From positions 1 through 64,000 of IMG/VR virus record IMGVR_UViG_3300032073_000011: a stretch of 64,000 nt of DNA. The stretch is one strand, 5' to 3'. This stretch comes from a virus. The notes beneath the pieces were generated by a model. It was given only the letters and a program-made list of their open reading frames with translations, was not told the DNA's origin and did not search any database. Positions within the stretch are counted from its first letter, which is position 1. Each line of letters begins with the position of its first letter. Below are positions 35,967 to 45,916 of this stretch, piece after piece. Made by a program: the position numbers and the translations under genes.

Positions 35967-38374
35967 TAAAAATCAATAGATATTGTAAATTGTTGAGTAC
36001 TTTGTCTTTGAATTGGTGACTGCAATTTTGCTATAGCCATCAAGTCTGGGAACCCATTCTCATTATCATATAAACCAATTTCAGTTATTCTAGGGTTAGT
36101 ATAACCATTAATAGCTGTATAATCTATCCATGTTGGGTTCGTAGAAGTTATATATTGTTGTGCTCCTAACTGTACCACATGTCTCATTTCATATATTGTT
36201 GCCATAATATCAGTTTCTAGACTACCATAAAAGAAATATTCGTCTCCAAAATTTAGCCCACCTAAATCCCCATTTTGTGGTATAGTAATATAATCGTTTA
36301 GACTATAATTTGTTGGTGTTGGGTTACAAGCTGGGTCAGTATCATTTCCGGTTAAGAAAAATGTTTGGTTTATTATATTCGTGGAAGCTATTTTAGTCCC
36401 TACTGTGTGTCCTGGGATGTCAGCTGTAATATCTTTCATGTTCCAACCATGTGGAGAAACTTTTTGTCCGTTTGGTACTATTTGCCATAATATATGTAAG
36501 GTGTCTGCCTCCCATCCGGTACCTGTTAACGCAAAATTATCTCTTAAGTAAGGGAATTCTGCACCTAAAGTGAATCCTATATCAAATGAGGTTTCACCTG
36601 GTTCCAAAGTTTCATTGACATAATAATTACAATGTAGCCCAGTAGTAACCCCGGCATTACCAACTGTATTATTTTCAAATAAATAAGTCATATATATTGT
36701 GTCACCTGGATTTTGTACCGCACCAAATGTAGCACATGCACCAGTAGGACATCCTGTACCAGCTGGAACTTTTTGTGTTCTAGGTGCTGGTAAAGTCCAA
36801 CTTCGATTAGACTTATAAGACATAGCTGCTAATAATTCTTCATCATCTATAACCACCATTTTATAATCTGGAAATACTTTTCCAACTCTATTAGGTGTTG
36901 CTCCACTACCAATATTATCATCCCATAAATGATAGTATCTTAAACCATCATCATTCATATTAATATTTTTACTAGATAACATTAAGTGTGGATTAATTGG
37001 GAAAACATCTGGATATGATTGTGGGTCAACATAAAAAGTTTGACCTAAAATTGTTTCATTACCAGCTCCAGTTCCAGTACCAGACCCCTGGGAACTCTTT
37101 TTATGCCACATTAACCAAGGTAAATGTAATTTAAAGTTTTTAGCTTCACCAATAGTAGTCATGGTGGTATCTTTCATAGCAAATTTTTCACCATAAAAAT
37201 CTGTGGTAGAATTATTTGTGTAATGAATAAATCCAGCACATTTCTGGTCTTCTGGTAAAACTACTCTTGTATTGTAAAAAGAATCAAAGTAAAAAGTACC
37301 ACCAATAACTGAAGGGTGGTAACTATCAGTAACTTGATTGGTGAAAGATTGTCCGTCATTACTTTCTAAACCAAAGTATTCTTTGGACCCACAATAACCA
37401 CTAGAACCATAATTATCTACCCCTACAAAAACTCCATTAGTTGGTGATGCTACTCCCGCTACTTGGTGTGTCCAGTTTATATTCATATTCCATATCTTAA
37501 CATCTGTATTGGATGTATCACAACAATTATTAAATGAAAGTGTGTCGTCACACCAACAATTAATTGTACTAGCGGTATTATATATACTAGTTGTGGTCAT
37601 AGGATTTGCGGATGATGCTGGATAAACTCTAACTCGAGTACAACCAGATTTCATTTGGGTTGTCACCCCACTAAAGTTTGGTATATTTCTATCTATAGTT
37701 AACCATAGTGAAGCATTAGTTTGTGCGGAATTACTATTACCCGCTGTTACTTGGTAAAATAAAGTGGTGGAGGCAGCACTATAGTTAAGTTGGGAACATC
37801 CTGCACCAGAAAACTCATAAGTGACAGAAATTAAATCCCCTATTACTGGTGAATATTGTTGTAAAGAACACATAGTTGTTGCTGAGACTAAATGTACTTC
37901 ATTTGACCCTGTCATTGATGACACACATAATTGCCAGTTTGATGATAGAGTATATGAACCTCCAGTATTAGCGGTAAAATATGTATATGAACCTTGTCCT
38001 GCTGCGGTATTATCAGTTGTTCCAGTAAAAAAACCTCTTAGAGTTGCTGTGTTATACACATCGTTTTGTTGGTGTTGTGGTATAGTAGGACCAAAAGTAT
38101 CTCCACTACTTAAACCACCTACTAGTGGGTATTTTACATGACCTTTATTTTTTTCAGGCATAGGATTTAGGTTCTGTGCATTGTGTTCTGCCTGTAATAT
38201 AAATAAACCTGGACTTGCTGCGGGTTGTTGTGTGTAACAATCATAGTTAACTTCACTATCACCTATTTGGAAAAGTCCTATATTTAATTTTCCTTCTGAT
38301 AGTTTTCTTCTACCGGCATCGGTAAGACGAGCGACTATCGCTCCTTGTGTACTGTTTTTAATTATATAACTCAT
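35966..38374 (-). CDS. putative tail/baseplate structural protein
   Basis: N-terminal LTDAGRRKLSEG..F.IGDSEVNY, C-terminal ITEIGLYD...AIAKL..PI.R, TATTTAT upstream. Confidence 0.65.
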   Translation of the reverse strand: MSYIIKNSTQGAIVARLTDAGRRKLSEGKLNIGLFQIGDSEVNYDCYTQQPAASPGLFILQAEHNAQNLNPMPEKNKGHVKYPLVGGLSSGDTFGPTIPQHQQNDVYNTATLRGFFTGTTDNTAAGQGSYTYFTANTGGSYTLSSNWQLCVSSMTGSNEVHLVSATTMCSLQQYSPVIGDLISVTYEFSGAGCSQLNYSAASTTLFYQVTAGNSNSAQTNASLWLTIDRNIPNFSGVTTQMKSGCTRVRVYPASSANPMTTTSIYNTASTINCWCDDTLSFNNCCDTSNTDVKIWNMNINWTHQVAGVASPTNGVFVGVDNYGSSGYCGSKEYFGLESNDGQSFTNQVTDSYHPSVIGGTFYFDSFYNTRVVLPEDQKCAGFIHYTNNSTTDFYGEKFAMKDTTMTTIGEAKNFKLHLPWLMWHKKSSQGSGTGTGAGNETILGQTFYVDPQSYPDVFPINPHLMLSSKNINMNDDGLRYYHLWDDNIGSGATPNRVGKVFPDYKMVVIDDEELLAAMSYKSNRSWTLPAPRTQKVPAGTGCPTGACATFGAVQNPGDTIYMTYLFENNTVGNAGVTTGLHCNYYVNETLEPGETSFDIGFTLGAEFPYLRDNFALTGTGWEADTLHILWQIVPNGQKVSPHGWNMKDITADIPGHTVGTKIASTNIINQTFFLTGNDTDPACNPTPTNYSLNDYITIPQNGDLGGLNFGDEYFFYGSLETDIMATIYEMRHVVQLGAQQYITSTNPTWIDYTAINGYTNPRITEIGLYDNENGFPDLMAIAKLQSPIQRQSTQQFTISIDF

Positions 38375-38416
38375 AGTTTTTTACTTTATACATAAATACA
38401 TTTTATTTCAAAATGT

Positions 38417-41400
38417 TTAATATCCACCTTCAAATCCTTCAGCTCCACCTGGTCCCGCTAAATTAACTGGATTTATACCTGTTGGGGAATAAAATACATC
38501 TCTTGTTATTTCAAATGGAACTATGTCCGTTTGACTTGTAGCATAAACACTTTCACCATTTAATAAAGGGTATTGTCTTGTAATGGATACCCTGTATTTA
38601 TAATTTCCTGGTGCTGGTGGTAACAATTTAAAAGAACAATAAATAGCTCCTATTCTATCAGCATCTATTGTTTTACTTAGTTCTTGTACTATATTACCAT
38701 CTTCATTAAATAATCTAACTCTAACAACATCTATTAATGTTTTATCTTTTAAATAGTTTATTGGTATTTGTGGTTCTTTGTTCATACTTATCCCAGCTAT
38801 CATATAAATTGTCTTATAAAATAAAGCGAAGGTGTCACCTGATTGGTAAGTATCTAAAGAAGATAATAATTGTATTCTAGTGTCACTGACTTTGGTGTAT
38901 CCACCAGCTCCTTCTCCTTGGGTTACACCATTTATTGCTAGTTGTACTCCACCGAATGACTGTTTTTCTAAATTAATATAGTAGTAACCATTTTCTTCAA
39001 ATATCATCTCAGTATCTGTGGTGGTAACAGTTTCTGGCATTGTAAAAAATTGTGCCCATGAACCACCTATAGCATCATACATAAATTTTAATTGGTCACC
39101 ATTTTGTACTGTTTCAGGAAAAAATCTTACCGCCCTATTATGTAAAGTTAATTCATAGTCTCCGGTAGCTAATATAGTATTATAATTAGACACATCCTTA
39201 CCCATAGAATCAGTCATAGGAACATAAGTTGTGGTACCTGACCTTCCTTCAGAAACTACAATACCGTTTACTGTGACTATTGGTATACTAGGATTAGCAC
39301 TTCTAATTTGATGCGTGTATGTTGCACTACTGAAATCTGGGTGGGTTGCTGCAGGCATATTAGTGACTACTGTTGTTTCTACCCTTAATGATGGTGTGGT
39401 AAAGGGAATTCTAAAACTATCTAATGTTAAAACAGGGATAGGTGGGTCTTTTACCAAAGCCATATAAAAATCCTGACTTGTAGAAACTAGTTCTTGTGGT
39501 GGATAAAAAGCTGTATCAATCCACACATCATTAGGTGATTTTTTATCTTTAAATAAATAACTTGGTCTTACAATATATTCCCAACTGCTTCCCGTACAGA
39601 AACCAGACCAAGGAATAAAAGTACTAGCACTTATTATAGTGCTTTGACTACTTTCATCATAATAAGTTGGTAAGGTGTCAAATATTGCTTCATAAACTGG
39701 TGATGTTGCAATTCTATCTTCTTCTGTTATGTATGGATATATCCTAAATTTAGGGTACATATTACCGAATAACATGTCCGTATTGTTACCCCCATAATAT
39801 ACTTTTATTTCTCCACCACCTCCTTGACTTGCATTATAAACTGATAATGCTGGTTTATTACCTATCTGTGCACTTAATTTAACATTTGGTTTACTTAAAC
39901 CAACAATACTTAGACTAGGGGATGGCATTGTTTGTAATGTCACGTTAACTTTTGGGTTAACTTTTGGTACGTTTGGTTCCGTAGAAGTGTAACTACTTGT
40001 ATTATTAGTTTGTATTATATTAGTGGTTGTCCCTGTGGTAGCGGTAATAGTGACGGTGTTTGAAGGTCCTTGACTATTTCCACAATCTGGTGGGAGTATT
40101 TCTTGTTGTGATGGGTTACCAGTAAAACTAACGTGATAAAAACTTAACCCGGGTTGTGATGCTTGACCGTAACCAATTCTTTTAGAGCCTAAAAATTTAC
40201 ATAAATCATATCTTTGTAACCAATCATATTCATCATAAGCAGAAAAAGAGTTTCCAGACCATGTGGTTCTATCTAAAAGATTAAAATTAATGTCGTACCT
40301 TGGATTATATCCGTTTGATTGTCCTATCGCTCTGGTTGCACTAGAACCGGTACCCATTGTTTCAGTAAATTGTATATGAAAATGTTCTCCTGTAGTCCCT
40401 GAACGATTTATTTTAACTCTTACCGCTCCCATGTTTGCCCAAGCCCCTGTTCCCGCACTAAAAGGCGTAAGATAATCATCAAAATTAGCTATGGTTACTT
40501 TACCCGCGTTAGGGTTTACACTAGTACATGCACCTTGGAAACAATCTCTAAACTGATAACCTTCTCTTTTAAAACCGAAACCACTACTACCCGCATTGTG
40601 ACCTATACTAATTTTTCCTGATGTACCATTAGCTTGTAAATACAAACTATATGTAAACCCAGATGGTCCATATTTTGCGTCATCATCTCTAAATGCAGCC
40701 AAAAATATATATAGACTATCATTATCTAATGTAGCATTAAATGTTGTTTGCCATGAATAGTTGTTATAGGAACATAAACTTAACATACCACCAGTACTAG
40801 AATTATTTGCCGTAGAACTTGCATAAAATTTACCATCAGTACCACCATCCGGATATATACCACTAAATGGAGCTACATTTCCTGAAGATGGGTCTACAGT
40901 AACATCCACAGCTGACACATCGGCTATAGAAAATCCTGAAGTAGCTCCTGTTAGATTAGAACTTCTGGGGTTACCTGGTATCCCATAGTTTTGACGTGGG
41001 TCATATGTTATCCAACTAAGTACAGCTCCATAACTTGGCCATAAATAAACAAATTTATTTATTATACTATTGTAATAAAACTTACCTATATTACCCACAC
41101 TTCTAGCTATGTCTGGCCCCACATTATTATTACCTTCTTCTGTTGTTAAAGCACTAACACCTAAGTACCAGTTTTGACCTAAATCTGTTTTTCTAGTTAA
41201 AGTGTCACCAGTATAAAACCACACATAAGGATTATCTGTGTCTATAGTCCCGTCTGGCAAAATACCAGTTTCATAGTATATTTGAGTTCCTCCTGTTGCT
41301 GGACCCCAACCAGGAGTACCAGGAAGGAAACTAAGGTGAAATGGTGCGTTAGGAAGAAAATTTTCCCATGTATTACCAATAACATTAGGTAATAACCACC

Positions 41401-41974
41401 CATAAGATGTACCATTATCATTAAAATTATAGGCGGTACATCCACTTTGTGATGGTCTGGTATTAAAATCTATTATTTTTTCTTCCATTACTGTAACAGT
41501 ATATAAACCATTTTCTATACCACTAAAAGCGTGACTTGTATCACCTGTGTTCCCATAATAAATGTCTACTAATTTATTATTTTTTCTTAACTCATATGTA
41601 TATGTGGCTGTTGTGGTAGTAGAGTCTGATACTGTTATCTCTCCTTTTTTGTTTGGGTCTAATACACAGTCATCGTTAGTTAAACTGGCATTTATACTAG
41701 GTACTGTAAAAGCACTAAGTGTTATTGTTGTGGTTGCTGTCGCTCCCGTATAATCTGTTATAGTAGCCACATAATCATCAGCACATAAATTACTAATATC
41801 AAAAGTATCTGCTGTATATAAAGTATTAGTACCTGACCAAGTTACTAGGTAAGGTGCACTATTAGTAGAAGCAGATATATTTGCCCCTATAATACTCCCA
41901 TTACAAGACCCACTTAATGTGTTGGTTATCTTATACCCGTTTAATTTCATATTACCTACATACGATATTGACAT
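38417..41974 (-). CDS. large putative virion protein with N-terminal SprB-like repeats
   Basis: CNGSI...APY...WS...ISNLCA.DY...ITD..G, then a second copy KGEITV...YTY....F.GI..G.YTVTV. Confidence 0.65.
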   Translation of the reverse strand: MSISYVGNMKLNGYKITNTLSGSCNGSIIGANISASTNSAPYLVTWSGTNTLYTADTFDISNLCADDYVATITDYTGATATTTITLSAFTVPSINASLTNDDCVLDPNKKGEITVSDSTTTTATYTYELRKNNKLVDIYYGNTGDTSHAFSGIENGLYTVTVMEEKIIDFNTRPSQSGCTAYNFNDNGTSYGWLLPNVIGNTWENFLPNAPFHLSFLPGTPGWGPATGGTQIYYETGILPDGTIDTDNPYVWFYTGDTLTRKTDLGQNWYLGVSALTTEEGNNNVGPDIARSVGNIGKFYYNSIINKFVYLWPSYGAVLSWITYDPRQNYGIPGNPRSSNLTGATSGFSIADVSAVDVTVDPSSGNVAPFSGIYPDGGTDGKFYASSTANNSSTGGMLSLCSYNNYSWQTTFNATLDNDSLYIFLAAFRDDDAKYGPSGFTYSLYLQANGTSGKISIGHNAGSSGFGFKREGYQFRDCFQGACTSVNPNAGKVTIANFDDYLTPFSAGTGAWANMGAVRVKINRSGTTGEHFHIQFTETMGTGSSATRAIGQSNGYNPRYDINFNLLDRTTWSGNSFSAYDEYDWLQRYDLCKFLGSKRIGYGQASQPGLSFYHVSFTGNPSQQEILPPDCGNSQGPSNTVTITATTGTTTNIIQTNNTSSYTSTEPNVPKVNPKVNVTLQTMPSPSLSIVGLSKPNVKLSAQIGNKPALSVYNASQGGGGEIKVYYGGNNTDMLFGNMYPKFRIYPYITEEDRIATSPVYEAIFDTLPTYYDESSQSTIISASTFIPWSGFCTGSSWEYIVRPSYLFKDKKSPNDVWIDTAFYPPQELVSTSQDFYMALVKDPPIPVLTLDSFRIPFTTPSLRVETTVVTNMPAATHPDFSSATYTHQIRSANPSIPIVTVNGIVVSEGRSGTTTYVPMTDSMGKDVSNYNTILATGDYELTLHNRAVRFFPETVQNGDQLKFMYDAIGGSWAQFFTMPETVTTTDTEMIFEENGYYYINLEKQSFGGVQLAINGVTQGEGAGGYTKVSDTRIQLLSSLDTYQSGDTFALFYKTIYMIAGISMNKEPQIPINYLKDKTLIDVVRVRLFNEDGNIVQELSKTIDADRIGAIYCSFKLLPPAPGNYKYRVSITRQYPLLNGESVYATSQTDIVPFEITRDVFYSPTGINPVNLAGPGGAEGFEGGY

Positions 41975-41987
41975 TATTTATATATTT

Positions 41988-44900
41988 TTAACATTCTTCT
42001 TTTAATGGTATACACCCTCTTTTTTCACACCAATAAGTACCTGCTTTACAAATACCGGCTTCTTCTTTTTCTTTTATGGATTCTTTTAAAATCCGTGTTA
42101 TTTCATCTTTAGATGTTGGTTTACCTTTTACACCCACCTCTACAACCGCTTTACTGTCTATAACCGCCTCTGTCGCTGCTTCTTCAATAGGGTCTGCTGG
42201 TTCTTTAGGTGTGACTGGGCCACCACCCCTTACTTTTTCAACACAGCTTTTTACACAATCATCTAAAGTACGATAAATACCACTTCTATCTTCAAAACAC
42301 CTACCATCCATACATGAATAGAGTGTTTGGGAATCTGTAGGACCACCGGTTGGTTTACCACTAGGACCATCAGTTTCTTCATCACTCCTATCATCTATTG
42401 GTGGTCTTGTGGTGGTTGTTGTGTCAACAATAATAGTCCCTTTTAACTTAACTGGTATACCGGTTTCTGTTGTAGATTGTGCATAATCTTTAAGTTCTGA
42501 ACAGTCTTCTATTATAACTGGTTTACATTTTGCGTGTATTTCACTACAGTGTTTTCTGGAATTTTTAACACAATCAGTACAATCTTTTCCTTCTAAATCC
42601 GTAAATAAATCTGTTATACCATATATGGGGTCTATCTCTAAATGTTCCGCAACATCTTGTCCACAATCACAAAAGTACTTGCAGATATTCTGATTGGGAA
42701 GTGTTTTAGGTTTAGGATTAGAATGGGAATCACTACTTAATATAGTTATCTCTTTTCCGTTTATAGTTATTTTTTTATCAACATTTTCTACCTTCCATTT
42801 ATCTGGTCGTGTTTTGTGTAATATATCATAATCACTTAACACTTTTGTACCTGAACAAGGTTTGTAAAAATTACAGCTTGGTGTTACTACAATATAATGA
42901 GTTAAATCATTACCGAAAAAGTTTTTAAATTTATTAATAATAACGTAAGATTGTGTAATTTGTGGAAAATTAAAATCACATTTTGCACCAAAATCACTAT
43001 TGTAGGTGGGTAAGTAAAAACAAAACACACCTTCTTTTTTCATCGCTGTTAATTTATTTTCTGGACTACTTGTTAGTTGGTAATCCTTTATTGTGTTATT
43101 TTCTAATAAATTTTGCCAATTATTTACTGGTTTTCCCGATTTTAGATTCCACATTAATTTATGGTTAGGTGCTGAACTATCTAAAAATGTTTGACGTGTA
43201 AATGATTCTGGAGTAATAGTTGGTCTTTTTATATTACCACATTTACGGTCTGAAAGATATAAAGTCCCATCTAATCTTACTTCTCTATCCATACCATTAG
43301 TTTTCATTAAAAACGGTTTGGATTGTTTACTTGCGTCAAAAAATAAATTTTTATATATTATAGAGTCTGATAGTTTAACCCCTCTGTACCAAGGAGATGC
43401 TATTTTATCCCCTAGGTGGTTTAGTTGGTGCCCTAAATTAATATCTAAATTTGTTGTACCCCCACCACCAAAATAATTACCCTTAGAAATGGATTCCCAA
43501 TTTACATCATAAGCTAATTCTATTATGTCACCAGCTGCTAAACTTATTAATCCGGTATCTAATACAATAGGTATTTGTTTAGAGAATATGGTAGTTGCTG
43601 ATGCACCAGTTGTTATACAAACATTGTATGTGTTAGAAAACTTATCGTTTTCACTAACATCTAAAGTTAAGTAGTTGTCCGCAGTTCCATCAATATTTGC
43701 TCTTTTAACATTAGTACTTACTAGAGTAGATGGGGTACCAGAAGTACCACCTGTAACCACACCACTAGTGGTTGACCCACTTGTATATCTAAGTATGGAG
43801 GCTTCGAAATTAAATTTCATAATACCACTATTAATTGGTGTTTGGTCCCACCAACCATCACCGGGTCTTTTAAATCTATAACCTGGATGTGCTTTACCAC
43901 CAGTGTCTTGTAAGGTGGTTCTAGTTTCATCTTCACCGCCTTGAATGATGGATGTATTTATCAATCTTTTAGTTTGGTAGTCATTTTGTGGGAATACTCC
44001 TGTAGTTGCTGTTACCGCACTAGGACAAATACGACTTACGTAATCACACCATTGAGTATCTGTATATTTAACATTTAAAAATGCTTTATAAGTAAACCTA
44101 TAAACACCGGTACTTTTAACGGTATATGTCATATAGTGTTTAGGGCTACTTTCATCTAAAGCTAAAGACCCACCCGAATTACCACTATAAACACCACTAA
44201 AACTATATGGTTTATATTGTTTATTAACGTCATTAATCATTGGACAAACATACTCTCTTTCCATATTACTTACAGGTATACATGTAGTTCCTGTGGTAGT
44301 AGAATGTGCAGAAAATGAATTCCCACTTATATGTAAATCGTAGGTATAGTCTGGTTGGTAGGCGGAGCTTGTAGTAGAAGTGAACGCAGAATATATGTCC
44401 ACCTTTTTCATACCATACGTAGTTAAATAAAAATCAGTAATACTATTTGCACTAATAGGTGCGTAACAATATAATTCTGTTAATAATTGTTGGTTTGGAC
44501 TACTACTATCTTTACCTGTTACTGGACCCATTTTTGGGTTGTAGTGATAGTCCCCAATATAGGGTTGCCCATTTAATTGTCTTAAAATTGTACCGTCACT
44601 ATACATTTCTTTTGTAACCCCACCTTCATTATTTACCTTTGTTTTTTTCCTAGGGCAAATTAATATATTTTTTATATAAGAATCACTATCATAAGTAAAA
44701 CTAACATCATTATATTCATCTAATAGAGACCGTTCAATCCATTGTGATATTTTACTATATGTTTTTTTTGGTCTTGTGACGGCATCACCATAAGACTCTG
44801 TGAATGCGTTTGCTACCGGATAGGTTTCTACATTACCTATTTGTTGTTTTTTTAATTTTTCTGAAAAGGATATAAGTTGTTCTCTACTATTGAAGGATAG

Positions 44901-45911
44901 AGAAAAACATTTGTTACTTCTGGAAACTATTTTATTGTTTCTAAGTTCGTTAATCCAACCTAGTGGATACATCTCTTTACCGTTTTTTATTATTTTTCTA
45001 GTAGTTTTTATTTTGCCATCTTCTACTTCTCTCGATATATTATAAGGTATTTCAATAATATTACTATCGGTTAAACCTACACCTTCTAAATCTGTATTTA
45101 AATTTTTTGGGTTTTGTATTGCATAAACCTCACTACTCATCAGTGTTAGTGACGCTGCATCAACATTTTGTGAAACTAAAGCTTTGTTATAATCAAAAAT
45201 AACTTCTCTTGACGCTAAATCATTACTGGTTAAAGATATATAAGTTGTATCTAGTTTTATAGTGGGTGTTACATTTATTATAGGTTCAGGGATAGTAATT
45301 GGTAATTCTGTACCCTGTACTATTGTTATTTCTTCTTTTTGTGTTTTAAAACCTAAAGATTTTACATATTGGCCTTCTGACTGGATGTGTATATCCAAAT
45401 CAAAAGAGTACTTATTAGCTTGTTTCTTTGGTATATTTGCACCTGGTAATAACATTTGTAGTGAATGGAATTTACCCATTACTATAGTTTCGAATGGTAG
45501 CATTGCTCCTACTCCTCTAACCGCGTGTTTTGGTGTTTGGGTGGAGAAATAGTTTGGGTGTGATAGAAAGGCACCAAACCCATTACCCTTAACACTTTCA
45601 AAACTATGAACACCTTTATTGGTTTTAAAAACTTCTAGAAATAAATCTGTTTTTCTTAAAGATATTATATTAGAAAATTGTTTAATTTTTAGGTGGTCAC
45701 CAGAAAATCTCAAAAATAGTCTTTCTTCCTCCCCTTGATACATGCAAATAGCTTCTACTAAATTATCAGTATTGTACGTTAGTTGTATACATTTTTTCTT
45801 ATTGTATGCTTTACTGGTTGTATTCCCTGGTGTATTAGAGATTAAAAGCATGAATTTTATTTCATCACCTAACACTCTTAAATCTATATATGTTTTATAT
45901 GTTTTTGCCAT
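41988..45911 (-). CDS. large putative virion protein with Cys-rich C-terminus
   Basis: 1307-aa ORF with C-terminal YSCMDGRC....GIY.TL.DC...C and CKAGTYWC modules. Confidence 0.7.
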   Translation of the reverse strand: MAKTYKTYIDLRVLGDEIKFMLLISNTPGNTTSKAYNKKKCIQLTYNTDNLVEAICMYQGEEERLFLRFSGDHLKIKQFSNIISLRKTDLFLEVFKTNKGVHSFESVKGNGFGAFLSHPNYFSTQTPKHAVRGVGAMLPFETIVMGKFHSLQMLLPGANIPKKQANKYSFDLDIHIQSEGQYVKSLGFKTQKEEITIVQGTELPITIPEPIINVTPTIKLDTTYISLTSNDLASREVIFDYNKALVSQNVDAASLTLMSSEVYAIQNPKNLNTDLEGVGLTDSNIIEIPYNISREVEDGKIKTTRKIIKNGKEMYPLGWINELRNNKIVSRSNKCFSLSFNSREQLISFSEKLKKQQIGNVETYPVANAFTESYGDAVTRPKKTYSKISQWIERSLLDEYNDVSFTYDSDSYIKNILICPRKKTKVNNEGGVTKEMYSDGTILRQLNGQPYIGDYHYNPKMGPVTGKDSSSPNQQLLTELYCYAPISANSITDFYLTTYGMKKVDIYSAFTSTTSSAYQPDYTYDLHISGNSFSAHSTTTGTTCIPVSNMEREYVCPMINDVNKQYKPYSFSGVYSGNSGGSLALDESSPKHYMTYTVKSTGVYRFTYKAFLNVKYTDTQWCDYVSRICPSAVTATTGVFPQNDYQTKRLINTSIIQGGEDETRTTLQDTGGKAHPGYRFKRPGDGWWDQTPINSGIMKFNFEASILRYTSGSTTSGVVTGGTSGTPSTLVSTNVKRANIDGTADNYLTLDVSENDKFSNTYNVCITTGASATTIFSKQIPIVLDTGLISLAAGDIIELAYDVNWESISKGNYFGGGGTTNLDINLGHQLNHLGDKIASPWYRGVKLSDSIIYKNLFFDASKQSKPFLMKTNGMDREVRLDGTLYLSDRKCGNIKRPTITPESFTRQTFLDSSAPNHKLMWNLKSGKPVNNWQNLLENNTIKDYQLTSSPENKLTAMKKEGVFCFYLPTYNSDFGAKCDFNFPQITQSYVIINKFKNFFGNDLTHYIVVTPSCNFYKPCSGTKVLSDYDILHKTRPDKWKVENVDKKITINGKEITILSSDSHSNPKPKTLPNQNICKYFCDCGQDVAEHLEIDPIYGITDLFTDLEGKDCTDCVKNSRKHCSEIHAKCKPVIIEDCSELKDYAQSTTETGIPVKLKGTIIVDTTTTTRPPIDDRSDEETDGPSGKPTGGPTDSQTLYSCMDGRCFEDRSGIYRTLDDCVKSCVEKVRGGGPVTPKEPADPIEEAATEAVIDSKAVVEVGVKGKPTSKDEITRILKESIKEKEEAGICKAGTYWCEKRGCIPLKEEC

Positions 45912-45916
45912 AACTT

